A stretch of 63,195 nucleotides of DNA, the filler included, from Rozella allomycis CSF55 (lineage: Eukaryota), in NCBI GenBank assembly GCA_000442015.1. It is 11 parts of 11 records of this genome, joined end to end, with 100 filler letters (N's around TTAATTAATTAA, not from the genome) between each part and the next. Parts side by side here need not be neighbours in the genome. Positions count along the whole stretch, not along the records: positions 28,234 to 41,009 come from KE560766.1; positions 41,110 to 42,928 come from KE560768.1; 9 more parts are not named here. One strand, written 5' to 3'. Positions within the stretch are counted from its first letter, which is position 1. Each line of letters starts with the position of its first letter. The notes beneath the pieces are model-generated. The model searched no databases, was not told where the DNA came from, and saw only the letters and a list, made by a program, of their open reading frames with translations. The position numbers and the translations under genes are program-made. Below, piece after piece: positions 28,134 through 41,851 of the stretch.

Positions 28134-28242
28134 NNNNNNNNNNNNNNNNNNNNNNNNNNNNNNNNNNNNNNNNNNNNTTAATTAATTAANNNNNNNNNNN
28201 NNNNNNNNNNNNNNNNNNNNNNNNNNNNNNNNNCCCAATCCA

Positions 28243-30345
28243 ATGGAAGACATGAAAGCAGCACGCTCCCGTGTATCGTTTGATGTCACCCAATTGACTG
28301 AATACATCTATGAAGGACGCAGCAATGTGGAAATGCGGCGCAAAATGGCACGGGTAGCAGAGAGCGACCCAGCGTTTTCCAAGGACACTAAATACTTTCT
28401 CGGCCGCACGCAGGTAATGGATGAATAGTTCTTATATGAGAATATGGAGCGTGTGTTGAATATTGGCAAGCGGTTTGTTGAGATTCTGCGGGAGGGCCAG
28501 TACAGCAAGGAGGAGATGGAGCTGCTTCGTTTCTTTATTGACGAGTATATGCCTGTAAGTGTATGTGTGGGTAATTGTAGACTACGTTGCATGAGGCGAT
28601 GTTTATGCCTGTGATACAAGCGCAGGGGACTGATGAGCAGATTAGGGAGTGGATACCGCAAAGTGAGAGATTTGAGATTATTGGGTGCTATGCGCAGACG
28701 GAAATAGCGCATGGCTCTAATTTGGGTGGACTGGAAACTGTTGCGGTGTTTGATCGGGAGACGGATGAGTTTGTGATGCATTCGCCTAGTTTGACGGCAA
28801 CCAAGTGGTGGATTGGCGGGTTGGGGATAATAGCGACACATGCGCTGGTGCAGGCCATGTTGATTATTGAGGGAAAGAATTATGGGCCGCATTTGTTTGT
28901 TGTTCCTATTAGATCGTTGGAGAGTCATAAACCGCTTGAGGGAGTGACTGTTGGAGATATTGGACCAAAGTTTGGATTCCAGGGGGTTGATAATGGATTT
29001 GTTAGGTTTAATAAAGTGAGAGTGCCAAGAAGAAATATGCTAATGAGATTCGCGAGTGTGGATAGACAGGGGAACTATTCAAAGCCGCCACATGCAAAGT
29101 AAGTTGAATGTAATTAGATGAATAGAATTGCGTATGGAGGGATGGTTTTGTTGAGGGCTCAATTGGCTGATGCAGCGTGGTATAACATTGCAAGGGCAGT
29201 GACTATTTCAACGAGGTAAATGGAATTAGTAGAGAGAATGAAAGATACTGTATAGTGAGAAGACAATTTAGTCTTGGGGATTCAAAAGAAGAGACTTCTG
29301 TTTCTAATTATAGAATGGTGCAGTTCAGATTGTTTCCATTGATTGCTAATGCTTATGCTGCAATGTTTACAGGAAGATTTATAATGAAGAAATACAAAGA
29401 AATGGAAAACCAATTGAGAAATGGAATTGTAGATTTGTTGCCACAAGTTCATGCCATTTCATCTGGCTTAAAAAGTTATGCGACAACGCTTGCTGGTGAA
29501 TCTATTGAAGAAGCTAGAAAAGTCATGGGAGGTCATGGATTTTCAATGTTCAGTGGAATTCCCTTGTTCTTTCTAAACTACATTGGAACAAACACTTACG
29601 AAGGTTTTTATTTAATTTGATTTTAAAAGGTGAAAATTTCATTTTAACGCAACAATTGAGCAGATTCTTATTAAAAGAATTCAAAAGGGCCCTCCAATCA
29701 AAATCATCGTCAAAGTTGACCCAAAAATACCTTGCAGTGGCTGCTTTGGATCCTTCAAGATTCAAAAATGAAAAATTAATTTTAAATTCTGATCTAGATC
29801 TTTTCAATTCTAATCTTCAAATAAAATCTTTTGAACATCGCGTGGCTAGATTAGTGGCTTATGCATCAGATCTATTGGAAAAGAAAAAAGAAAATTGGAA
29901 TGACGTCAATGTTGAATGTGCTAATATTACACGTGCACATGGGCAATACCTTTACGTTCTAAACTTTATTGAAGCATTAGAGGAAATTAAACAATCGAAT
30001 CCACAATTGTTTGCCATTCTTTCCAAAGTCAAAGATCTCTATGTTCTTTACACTATTGAAAAGGAATCTGGTGACTTTCTCTGTGATGGATTCATGACTT
30101 GTGCTCAACTGGAACTAGTCCGCAACAAGGTTCGTTTTCTATTGAAAGAACTTCAATCTGACGTCATTGGACTAGTTGATGCATTCGATTTCCCTGATTA
30201 CTTGCTACACTCTGCACTTGGCAAGTATGATGGAAATGTCTATGAAACAATGTTTAAATGGGCGCAACAAGAACCCCTAAATTTACTCTCAAAACCTCCT
30301 GGCTATGAAAATAACATCAAGAAAATTATTCGTTCAAAACTTTAA
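28243..30345 (+). CDS. ACOX1: Peroxisomal acyl-CoA oxidase (multi-exon; 5' may be clipped)
   Basis: LHEAMFMP, IIGCYAQTEIAHGSN, ATKWWIGGLG, GDIGPKFG..VDNG, RRQF, GGHGF, TYEG|EN, LVDAFDF..SALG.YDG; PTS1 SKL*. Confidence 0.95.
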
Positions 30346-30407
30346 TAAACTTTTAAATTCAATCTATCACTTTTATCGGACGGGGTTTACGATCCGGACT
30401 TCAGAAA

Positions 30408-30790
30408 NNNNNNNNNNNNNNNNNNNNNNNNNNNNNNNNNNNNNNNNNNNNNNNNNNNNNNNNNNNNNNNNNNNNNNNNNNNNNNNNNNNNNNNNNNNNN
30501 NNNNNNNNNNNNNNNNNNNNNNNNNNNNNNNNNNNNNNNNNNNNNNNNNNNNNNNNNNNNNNNNNNNNNNNNNNNNNNNNNNNNNNNNNNNNNNNNNNNN
30601 NNNNNNNNNNNNNNNNNNNNNNNNNNNNNNNNNNNNNNNNNNNNNNNNNNNNNNNNNNNNNNNNNNNNNNNNNNNNNNNNNNNNNNNNNNNNNNNNNNNN
30701 NNNNNNNNNNNNNNNNNNNNNNNNNNNNNNNNNNNNNNNNNNNNNNNNNNNNNNNNNNNNNNNNNNNNNNNNNNNNNNNNNNNNNNNNNN
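30408..30790. other. Scaffold gap (N run)
   Basis: Continuous N run without the linker core. Confidence 0.98.
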
Positions 30791-31395
30791 ATTATCTCAA
30801 AATTGGGTAGCAAATTTTGCCTTCACACTTTGATCTAACCTGGAATCTGCAAGTAAAAGTTTAACAGCTTCTGTGTGACCGTGCTTGGAAGCGCTATGAA
30901 TAGCTTCATTGAAGAAGGAACTTGGAAGANATAGCAGAATCGAAGGCGTATATATTTACCCTGGAATCTGCAAGTAAGACTTTAACAACTTCAATATGAA
31001 CGTGCTTGGAAGCGCTACGAATAGCATCATTGAAGAAGGCACTAGGATCTACCCTTGATTCAGCAATTAAAAGCTGGACAACTTCTATGTGACCGTGCTT
31101 GGAAGCGCTACGAATAGCATCATTGAAGAAGGCACTAGGATCTACCCTCGAATCGGCAAGTAAAAGCTGAACAACTTCTGTGTGACCGTGCTTGGAAGCG
31201 CTACAAATAGCTTTATTGAAGAAGGCACTAGGATCTACCCTTGATTCAGCAATTAAAAGCTGGACAACTTCTATGTGACCGTGCTTGGAAGCGCTACGAA
31301 TAGCATCATTGAAGAAGGCACTAAGATCTACCCTCGAATCGGCAAGTAAAAGCTGAACAACTTCTGTGTGACCGTGCTTGGAAGCGCTACAAATA
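30791..31395 (-). CDS. Ankyrin-repeat protein fragment (DPSA..N.AI..AS..GH.EVV.LLL.D.RV type)
   Basis: Near-identical 93-bp (31-aa) tandem units alternating in a 186-bp higher-order pattern; bounded by N joints. Confidence 0.85.
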
Positions 31396-31943
31396 NCTGA
31401 GAACCTCAAAGTTGATACAACAGGGAACTAGTGAGAATTATTTAATATGAAGGTATGATTTGGTGCATGAATCTCTTAATTTGATATCATTACTTTGAAC
31501 ACTTCACTACGTTGTCAATTTATGCCTTTGCTAATTTGCTTGCAGATCCTCTGGGTCAATTCAGCGTGCCTCGAAGAATGGACATGTTGACGTTGTACTT
31601 GCTATAGGGTTGACCCAACTGCAAATGACATTCATGCCATTCGGATTCCGCCTTGCTTCAAAGTTCAAGGAGCGATCGTGGGGATGCCGGGATGGTGTCA
31701 AACGTTTTCTTGAAGATTCCAGGAAAGGACAATTTTGCCATGTTTTGTGAAATCCGTGTTTATTATCCTGATACATTTATAAATTTAACAACGGATCACA
31801 CCTTTTTAGTAATTTTAAATATTAATATATGTTAATACATGATTTTTACACTCTTTATTCGGCGACAAGTAATATAAGCTATCTTAGAATTTCAGAGCAA
31901 TTCTCCTTTCTGCTATTCAATTAATAATCACTCTAAAAATATG

Positions 31944-32003
31944 TCAGGCCTCAACATCTTGGCTTTGCCTTAATCAGGCCTCAACATCTTGGCCTTGCCA
32001 TAA
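31944..32003. repeat. 30-bp direct tandem repeat (2 copies)
   Basis: TCAGGCCTCAACATCTTGGCTTTGCCTTAA / TCAGGCCTCAACATCTTGGCCTTGCCATAA. Confidence 0.85.
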
Positions 32004-32247
32004 TTAAATGTTCGATTCATTTTTCTAATACATCAATGGATTTTAAGAAACAATGTCTAAGACTCTAAGTCATCACTTTCAAAAAGCAACTATGAACTTT
32101 GTGTATGATAAATCAAATTTTAAATTTCGAATCGCGCGAGTTCCTTTTTAATGTTGTATTCGAAGACAAAACTTTTACTTGTTCGATCATACTTATCAAA
32201 CTCAAGAACTCAACAGTCTGCGCCACTTTATCAAATATTTTTTCTTA

Positions 32248-33509
32248 ATGTCACCAACCGTCCAAGTCAAGTTTTTTACATCTTTTGAAGAATACCAGAT
32301 CCCAGATACAATTTTGGTTCTTCCAACAAATCTGAAGCGCCTAGGACTGTCAGAGGTTGTCCATCACTTTCTGAATCTGGAGCAGCGCATTCCATTCCAG
32401 TTTCTGATAAACAAAGAAATTCTATCAACCAGTATTCAAGAATACGTTGAAGAAAATAATTTATCGACGGAAAATGTACTGTTGATCGAGTATATGCCAG
32501 CTGACACGCCTCCAGAAGAAAAAGATTGTATTTTGCACGATGACTGGATCAGCGCTTTGAAGGTTACTGAAAAATATTATATTACTGGATGTTATGATGG
32601 CCAGATTTATGTTTGGGATAAAAATAATTCGCTAGTTGCTAAAGAGATTGTTCACAAGAAGCCTATAAAATGTATTGATGTTTTTGATGATGGAGGTTCA
32701 ATTTTGATTGTTTCTGGATCGCTTGATAGAACTATTTCTGTTAATAGATTTTCACATGGTAAGATTGAAAGAGTGTTTGTCGGGATTGGTCATAAGAATT
32801 CTATCTACTCTGTAAAGTTTAACGCCAGTGGAGATACTGTAAGTTTATTGTAAGATTTTTATAGATTGCTTCCGGGTGTTTTGATTCTACAATTGGAATT
32901 TGGTCTGTTTATGATGATTCTTACAATAAAGATGTTATCACTGTAGAAAAGAAAAAAGTTCAGGCCAAAAGTTGCGTTACTTTCATGGAAGGACACAAAG
33001 ATGCTGTTACACAAGTAATTTTCGATGTTAACGATCCTGACCGTCTCTTTTCATGTGGATTGGATAAAAGTTTAATGATTTGGGATTTACAGAATTTCGT
33101 TCATACAAACGTCATTGTAATTTATTTCTGTTTAGTTTAATAGGCATGTGATGTGGCTTTTCTAAATATCGTTCAAAGTCCTTTTGAACCACATTGGTTG
33201 GCTTCTGGCCACGCAGATGGAATTATTAGAATCTGGAATCCTTTAGATAAAGAGTCTGTATTGTATAAAAAACTTCCATCGAATAGTCCAATGAATTTTG
33301 CACTCGCATGGAAGCCAGACAATCAATTCGTGCTTTGTGCTGGTTCTTATGATGGATCTGTCCGTACTTTTGATTTAAGGCATCCTAAAGAGTGTTTATT
33401 TATCGTTAAATCTGCAGCTGAAGACGATAAAGTGTTTGTCTGTGAGTTTGATGGAAATGATTTACTATTTGGTGGTGAGGCCAAAAAACTAAACATTTTT
33501 AGCAATTAA
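32248..33509 (+). CDS. YTM1: Ribosome biogenesis protein Ytm1/WDR12
   Basis: NLE domain (VQVKFFT..L.RLGLSEVV..F.FLIN..L.TS..STENVL.IEY), HDDWISA, TGCYDG, WD40 repeats, terminal GGEAKKL. Confidence 0.9.
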
Positions 33510-33571
33510 AGAATAAAACTAGACAATTACAAATTTATACTTTTATTTCATGAAATATGCTAAAGTTTATG

Positions 33572-34730
33572 TCACCTTGCCTGTTTTAGTAAACCTTCTA
33601 TGTCTCGAATGAATAGCTCTATTTTTTTGTCGAATTCAATGTTATCTAGGGAGATATATATTATTTGGTTATTCAAACATTCTGATTTGTATAAATTAAA
33701 TATAGTCTTTTCTTTAGATTCATCAAAGAAGTAAGGAATCAATGCAAGGAGTTCAACCAAGCATGTCCGCAGGTCATCAACATTCGTGACTAGCTTTGGC
33801 AGCTGAGAGAATAAGTTTGGCTGGTATTGTTTAATAGAATAATTTACCGGTACTGAAACACCCAACATTAAGCAGCAAACGATTAAACATGAAGCAGCCT
33901 TGACTGACATTGAATAAGATGACATTTGATAGTTTAATATACAATACCTCATCAAATACTACTTCAAGCTTTATAATATACATACTTTTAAAAGAATGGA
34001 TATCTCTTTTTCATTATCAAAACTACAAATTGCCATCAAATATTCTTTGTAAAAGTTCATTGTTGGAGGATTCAAATTAAATCTTAGTGTCAACAAAACT
34101 ATCATTTCCATAATTATTAATTCGTTTGAAGTAAAAGCGCCCATAGACAAGAACGAAAGGTCATTAATAGAAATGGCATCGTCTGCAAGTAAGTTTTTCC
34201 TATGTTGGCAAATTTATCAAATTACGCAGATATCCATAAACAAGTTGCGCCCACAAGCTGGATGTTACATCTTTCAACAGCCTTCTGCGTAATGTACTTG
34301 TCAAAAATTATTGCAGTGATTTCTAGCAATTCTTCTGGATAATGGAAACAATCCGTTATTTCGCTAATCCATTCCAATAATGTTCTTCTATGTTCCGTCT
34401 TCATTTCCTTTTGAATTTCAAAAAAGGCATCAAAGCACACACTGTAACGTTTCTGTGTGAATTGCAAAAACACCTTACTTCTAAATCAAGCATGTGCATA
34501 AAGAAATCTCTGTAATAAATTTGGTCTGATGTGCATTTGTATTGACATTTTTCTATAACGAGGTTTTCAAAGTTGATGTCGGTTGACGGGAGGACAGAAA
34601 TTGTCTCCCTTGTCTTTGTCGATTTTTTGCTTGTTTTTAGAGAAGAGATACGTTTATTATTATTCGTTAGGTTGGTTATATCTCCTAACGCTTTTCTCTT
34701 TCGTTTCTGATTGTCAATATTTGTGGACAT
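33572..34730 (-). CDS. Mitotic (A/B-type) cyclin (multi-exon)
   Basis: Destruction box RKALGDITN; cyclin box HRRTLLEWI..IQLVGATCLWISA; ME..VLLTLRFNLNPP. Confidence 0.85.
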
Positions 34731-35008
34731 TTCAAATTTCAATCTGCCCGCCACTTTTTTCCTTGCAACCAAATGAAAATAATGGTAGCCGCGAATATTT
34801 ATTTCCAATTTCAATTTTTAATAGCTTATTATATTTTGATTCATATTCTAGGATCAATAAACATTAAAGATGCTACAAACTTACAAAATATTCCAATTCA
34901 ACTTAAATGAACTCTCTTTAGCTCCATGAACTCAAAATCATCATGTATTGACTAATTTAACTTTTCAATTCGTTCAATCCCACCGTCAATTCACATTTAT
35001 GCATGTGA

Positions 35009-35826
<818 letters not shown>

Positions 35827-35904
35827 ATAAACCTCATTAATTGCCTATTGATTAAACAAGAAAGGATATGTTTATTAAAATAAATGTAGCTTATCTTGTC
35901 GACA

Positions 35905-36367
35905 CTACAATCTTCTTGGAACTGGTGCCCCACCCAAAGGTCTTGCTCTTGATCGCGCTAAAATAAAATCCAAGTGAATGAATTACCCATAGCTCTTCCA
36001 ATAACACCACGGCCTCTCGTGATTCCAAGACCAGGTCCTATAATCTACTATAAAGTATCATTACCTTTCTTGGCATTTGGCCCGAATCGCGAAAAGAACG
36101 GCGCGTGTCTGAGATTATCAGGAACCGCAATAAATCTTAAATGCGAGCCGCGAATAAAGCACTGATCCATTTGCGAAATATGGCCATCGCGAGCCGTGAC
36201 ACTATGTGGAAACAAAGCAAAATTTACGTAACGTCTCTGAGTTGCAGGTTCATTGTGTCTTCAACTTCGTGTAATTTCCCGCGATATGTATATCCATTTT
36301 TTAGTTCGACTGTGACGACCAGGCCAAGAGTTTCGTGCAAAAGTTTTAGTGGAACGCCTACTGTCAT
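35905..36367 (-). CDS. SMD3: snRNP core protein Sm D3 (multi-exon)
   Basis: Manual translation MTVGVPLKLLHETLGLVVTVELKNGYTYRGKL..EDTMN..RDG...FIRGSHLRF..VPDNLRHAPFF, with a G/R-rich tail. Confidence 0.92.
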
Positions 36368-36559
36368 GTACAAGGGTAAGTTGAAAATGAAACAGTTTCT
36401 AAAGAAGGAGTTAATGTTAACTTAATGTATTTAAATTTTAATAGAAGGTTAATACTTGATAGAACATGTAGCAGTTCTGGCGCAAAACCATGTGAAACTG
36501 GGGCTAATATGCTACACTGTGCAACTCCAGTCCAAAATCAATTTATTACTATTTATGTA

Positions 36560-37193
36560 TTATTTTCTATTCGAGACTTGACTCTCTAATTGCAAATACC
36601 GCGAATTTTCCTTTTTCAATTCCAAGCGCTGTTCTTCTAAATCCTATTAAAGTCAATGCAAATAGTTACCAGTTCTTTCATTCTCTCTGCGTAATCAATG
36701 TATGTCTGATACTTTGAGCTGGTGATTCCAATAGCACTAGCGACCTTTTCTCCGATAAAATCAATGCCGCCCAGCAGAGATTTAGAGGCATCGACAGCCC
36801 AGTTCCAGATAGTTTTCTGGGCATCTTTTTCTGTGTTATTATTTGCTTGTTGTGGTTGCATGTTAATCTAACATTTGAAAGAAGTGGATGATTTACTTGA
36901 ACTTCAGGGGTGGCTTGTGGTGGCACAGTGTGAAGTGGATTATTATGGATTGATGGCTGGATGTTTAGATTTGCATAAGGATACATTTGCTGTTGTGAAT
37001 AGTAATCAGAATATGTTTGATATTGGATGTCGTTTTCATTTTGGATTATTGGGGAGTATATCGTATTGTGTTCATGTTGGATGCTTGGTTCAACATAGTA
37101 AGGGTTAGCGTAAGAGTAATTTTGATCATTTTGAACATTCCCATCGTTTTCTATTTCCGATTGCAATTCCAATTTTGGTTCAGCTGATAGCAT
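36560..37193 (-). CDS. Q/Y/P-rich protein with a FAM177-like C-terminal motif (3' end approximate)
   Basis: GIDFIGEKVASAIGITSSKYQTYID resembles the FAM177 motif DFLGEKIASxLGIxxPKYQYAID. Confidence 0.55.
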
Positions 37194-37264
37194 TAAATTT
37201 GAAGTGTAAACAAACAAAAGATGAAAAAGATTAAAACAATTGATGAGTAACGAATTTATTCGAT

Positions 37265-39233
37265 TCAAGTGTTTATGTATTTTGGACCACCGCCGCCTTC
37301 AGGAACAACCCAGTTTATGTTTTGAGAAGGATCTTTAATGTCACAAGTTTTGCAATGCAGACAATTTTGAGCGTTTATTTGCAATCTCTTTTTATTCTTT
37401 CCTTCAGTTTCATCATCCACATATTCATAAACGTTTGCTTAATTTGATTGCGATAGATACATTACCGGGACAAAACCTATTCTCTGGGCCATCAAATATT
37501 TTTAGATTTCTTTCAACAGGAATGTTTGAATCTTTTAAAGTTAAATGAATTGGTTGATCTTCAACATGATTTGTTCCACTTCTAGCCAAATTTTCTAAAA
37601 TGTCAAAAGAAAGAATTCCATCTGGTTTTGGATATTCAATCATTTTGCATTCCTTTGAAGCTTTAGTAGCTAAATAGTCTGGCTTATTGTGTTTGAATGT
37701 CCAAGGAACTTTCCCCTTGAGAAACAATGTATCCAATCCAGCATACACAATTCCCCCAAACAGACCAAAAGGATTGTGAAATGAAGGTCTGATATTTCTA
37801 ACTTGATAAAGTTCATCCCAAACCCATGATTTCTTCAAACTTTCTTCATATTCTTTTAATTCAACAACACCCTTGTCTTTCATCAATGCTTTATATCCTT
37901 CTTCTGCTGCAATCATCCCTTTCTCTTTTCATTAATTTAAATACCACTTTTCATTGCCGTGTGAGTCCCTTTGATCTTTGGAACATTCATAAACCCCGCG
38001 CTACATCCAATCAACGCACCCCCTGGAAAATATAGCTTTGGAAGCGACTATTCAAACACACTAGTTTATATCTTACCTGAATCCCACCTTCATTCAACGC
38101 TCTTGCCCCATACGATATGCATTTCCCTCCATTCAAAACATTTCTAAAAAATGGATGATGCTTCATTCTCTACAAAGATTTCATTAACAAGAAATGTACT
38201 TGAAATTCTTTATAAGGACTCAGATACGTATTTTCATAATCCAAAGCTACAACCAACCCAACACTCACAAGCCCTTCTCCAAAATGATACATGAATGACC
38301 CTCCATACGTCGAATAATCCAATGGCCATCCAACCGAATGGGCTACCAGCCCCTTTTGAAACTTACTGCCATCAACTTGCCAAACTTCCTTCAATCCAAT
38401 TGCATATGTTTGGTGTTGTGCATTCTCTCGCAACTTGAACCTTTCAATTATTCCTTTAGACAACGACCCATGACACCCTTCCGCAAACAATGTCAGTCTC
38501 GAATGTATTTCCATTCCTTGCTCATAATTATCCTATCTCACTTCAAAACATCATCTACTTTCTTTTGCCCACGTTTGTCTAGTCCAACATCATTAGACAC
38601 AACCCCCTTCACACTTCCATCTTCATTATACAAAACCTCTAGCATCATAAAAGTAAATCTACCTTGGCGCCCGCAATTCCCGGATATATTTCAACTCCTG
38701 CTTCTTCCGCCACCGTCGCTAGCCATTTCACAAAGTTGCTCAATGATATTATATAATTTCCTCGATTGTTCATCTGGGGAGGATGTGGTAACGGAATTGA
38801 GGTTTTCGGTGTCAAGAATACCATTTGGTCCCTCGTTGCAGGCGTGTCAATTGGCGCCTTTTGAAGAAAATCAATACCAGTACATTCTTTTCTTTCCAAT
38901 CTGGAATAAGTTCATTCAACGCACGGGGCTCTAAAACGGCACCCGATAGAGTATGGGCCCCTAAATCACCTACATGTAACAATTTTACCTAAAGTATTCC
39001 ATTCTTAAAACAATACCTATTTCTGATCCCTTTTCTATAAGAATAACTCTTATATCCTGGTTCAGCTGCTTCAATCGGATTGCTGCTGATAATCCTGCTG
39101 GCCCTCCGCCAATTATTAAAACATCAGTGGTATCTGAAGGAGCAGTAGAATAGAGATGCTTGGAATTATACAAATTCAATAAATTCCGATGTTTGATTGA
39201 TCTTGATGAAATTATACCTCGGATCATAGGCAT
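37265..39233 (-). CDS. ETFDH: Electron transfer flavoprotein-ubiquinone oxidoreductase (multi-exon)
   Basis: [96 protein letters not shown]. Confidence 0.96.
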
Positions 39234-39413
39234 CAGGCAAATCTGAAAATTTACAAATAGGTGCAATCAAGGCTATTAACGCAGAAATAAAGATTTTTGA
39301 CTTTACGTTCATCTGAATTTTTAATGCTTTAAATACTCTTGATCATCAAAATACTGGCATCGGTATACTTATTGAATAACATCATTTTTCTTAATAATTG
39401 TCTTTATACTCAT

Positions 39414-39495
39414 GACACAGTCGCATAGTGGCTATTGCGTTGGCCTGCTAAGCCAATTCCCTCTGGGAGCGAGAGTTCGAATCTCTCCTGTGTCG
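39414..39495 (+). tRNA. tRNA-Ser (GCT anticodon)
   Basis: Acceptor stem GACACAG/CTGTGTC, anticodon arm TTGGC-CTGCTAA-GCCAA, long variable arm, GTTCGAATC T-loop, G discriminator, followed by TTTT. Confidence 0.93.
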
Positions 39496-39573
39496 TTTTG
39501 CTTTTTAGTTTTATCGATCATCCATTAAATAAGTTTCATGAATATGATATTTTAACTTTTGTTTTACAATGAA

Positions 39574-40586
39574 TTATTTATTTGGTAACATTGAATTCCT
39601 TCTTTCCAGAATGTGCAAGATTTGTGTCACCTTATCTTTCTCTTCTGAATCCTTTTGAATAGTTTTAAGCATTTGGATTGCTTCTGCTTTTTGTGCCGAC
39701 CCTTTTAATTAAATCAAAAGATGTTTACCTAATTGATGGTCTGATTTAAGATACGCCTCCCACATATCCACGATTAAACTAAACAAACGCATTGCTTTGA
39801 CTTTTTTGCTCATAGAAAGCATTACTAGGCCCAGCTGATAATATCCGGTGCATATCAATATATTGTCGGGACCATGTATCAAACTGGAGTAGTACACTTC
39901 CTTTGTCGCATGGATCAGAGCGTCATCAAACTTTTTATTAGCACCATAAAGCAAGGAGAAATTGTGGTGAATTTGCGCCTTGATTTCATAGTTATCATGG
40001 GCTTTGGATTTAATGACGGCCCATTGTGCTAATGAAAGATATTGCTCTGCCTGATCAAAATCACGTCGTCCTTATTCACGGCTACAAGTATGCATACCAA
40101 CAGATGCTTGCCCCAGTAAAAGATAGGAAGACACTAACTCTATTGAATCGTTGCCATAAAGTAGCATCGAACACCTTAATGCTTGAAGTGCGGCGGGGAG
40201 AGCTTCTTGAAACATCTCTTTGTACAACATAATTTGACATTCAGTGACACAGATATCTAAAATAGTTTTCTTTGTAAAATTTTCGATTGGTTTACGAGTA
40301 ACGTTTTTCTCGATTCTTGTTGTGCTATTTTATCTTCAGCATTGATGTAGACTTGTCCGATTCCGACATCATTATTTCCTCGTATATCATTAAAATAATG
40401 GCATATGTGTTCATGAATTGATTTCTGGTCAAGATTATAATGTCCTAAATCACAAGTAATTTTTACAATCACATTTTACCAATAGAATGCTAACTTGCAG
40501 TTTGGACATTGATAGAATGCCGACTTTCCACATAGTTCACAACATTTGTTGACTCCCTTGGGGTTGGATAAGGGAAAAAGCTCCAT
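39574..40586 (-). CDS. ZMYND12: Zinc finger MYND domain-containing protein 12 (axonemal; multi-exon)
   Basis: N-terminal CELCGKSA..QCPNCK..FY..H....SIHEHIC; TPR-like C-terminus with EVYYSSL.HGP....TGYYQLG. Confidence 0.8.
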
Positions 40587-41109
40587 GGGACTTTGTTTAC
40601 AATTTTGAATTTGTAATCTAAGACAATAAGACTATTTTTCGCCGACTGTTAATTTAATTTGCATTCCAATTGGGCAAATAACAATATTTTTATAGTATGA
40701 TAATGCAAAGGGACATATATGATTATATCAACCTTGATGTGGATCAGAAAGATATACCACAAATACAAGTTTATTTTAGATACCCAAATCATTTCGCGTC
40801 CTAATTTTTCGTTTTCGATAGGGAAATGCTATAATGCCACCACCCAAACGTACTGGAACCGCAACATCTGCCATCCCAAATATATCACCTTTAGATTGTT
40901 GATCCTCTTCATTTTCGACATTTCAACCTAAATACATCATAACATTAGATTCTACCGATTGAATAACATTGGATTTTTCCGTTTTAAAATCGCAAATAAA
41001 GGCGGGTTGNNNNNNNNNNNNNNNNNNNNNNNNNNNNNNNNNNNNNNNNNNNNTTAATTAATTAANNNNNNNNNNNNNNNNNNNNNNNNNNNNNNNNNNN
41101 NNNNNNNNN

Positions 41110-41745
41110 AATACAGAGCCTCTGACCGAGGTCTAAGTTTCAATAATAGTGGTAAAAACAAAAATGGAAGTCCTAGGCCATCGTTGGCTCCGCTTTCACC
41201 GCCAATTAAATGGCGCACGTGATGGGGAATATGCGTATCTGCAAATCTGCCCTTCATGACAGAACTAGCTAAAACAGGGTCGGTGGGAGTCACACAAGCT
41301 CCGATTATCATGCAATCAAGCTATTTAAGATTAATCCTCAATATTACCAGCTGGTATCTGAAAAAGACCCAAACAAAAAAGGTGCTTGTAACCCACATAT
41401 ATATCATCACAGGGCCTAGCAAGATGAACATTGGCTTCCATTTTCTTTTCATGTACGAATGTGGCAAAGATATACCAGATGCCATGATCTGTATACCCAT
41501 TACAATTCTATCTTTCAAAATATTTGTACCTACCTAGAGATATTTTCAAGAAGGTCAAAAAAGCTTTCTCGTTGTATGGAATGGTTTGGATAATTGAATA
41601 GGTTCAAGACCGTCGGGCCAAAAACTATTCCGATGACCAACGATACTAAAGCTTCAGATAGAAATAGTTTTTGCTTGATCAAAAGCGAAAATAATCCGAA
41701 AATGACGATATATCCTCCTAAAATTGCAAGGTCCAAGTCAAGCAT
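41110..41745 (-). CDS. NHA1: Fungal CPA1 Na+/H+ antiporter (Nha1/Sod2-like), 3' truncated
   Basis: FGLFSLLIKQKLFLSEA, RIVMGIQIMASG..LP, LLGPVM, ACVTPTDPVLASSV..GRFA, ESGANDG. Confidence 0.9.
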
Positions 41746-41851
41746 AAAGTTTATTTACAAAGCTAAATAATTTACAAGCCGTGAGATAATATTTATCGAG
41801 TGTTCGTTATTGTTTCTGACAACATGTTCTGTTTCCAAGTAACTAACCCCA

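Noticed and set aside
30305-30838. ORFs spanning the N gap
   Set aside because: Composed of X residues.
40770-41009. Continuation of NHA1 across the linker
   Set aside because: Minus-strand translations show no antiporter motifs; possibly the 3' end of another gene, not supportable.
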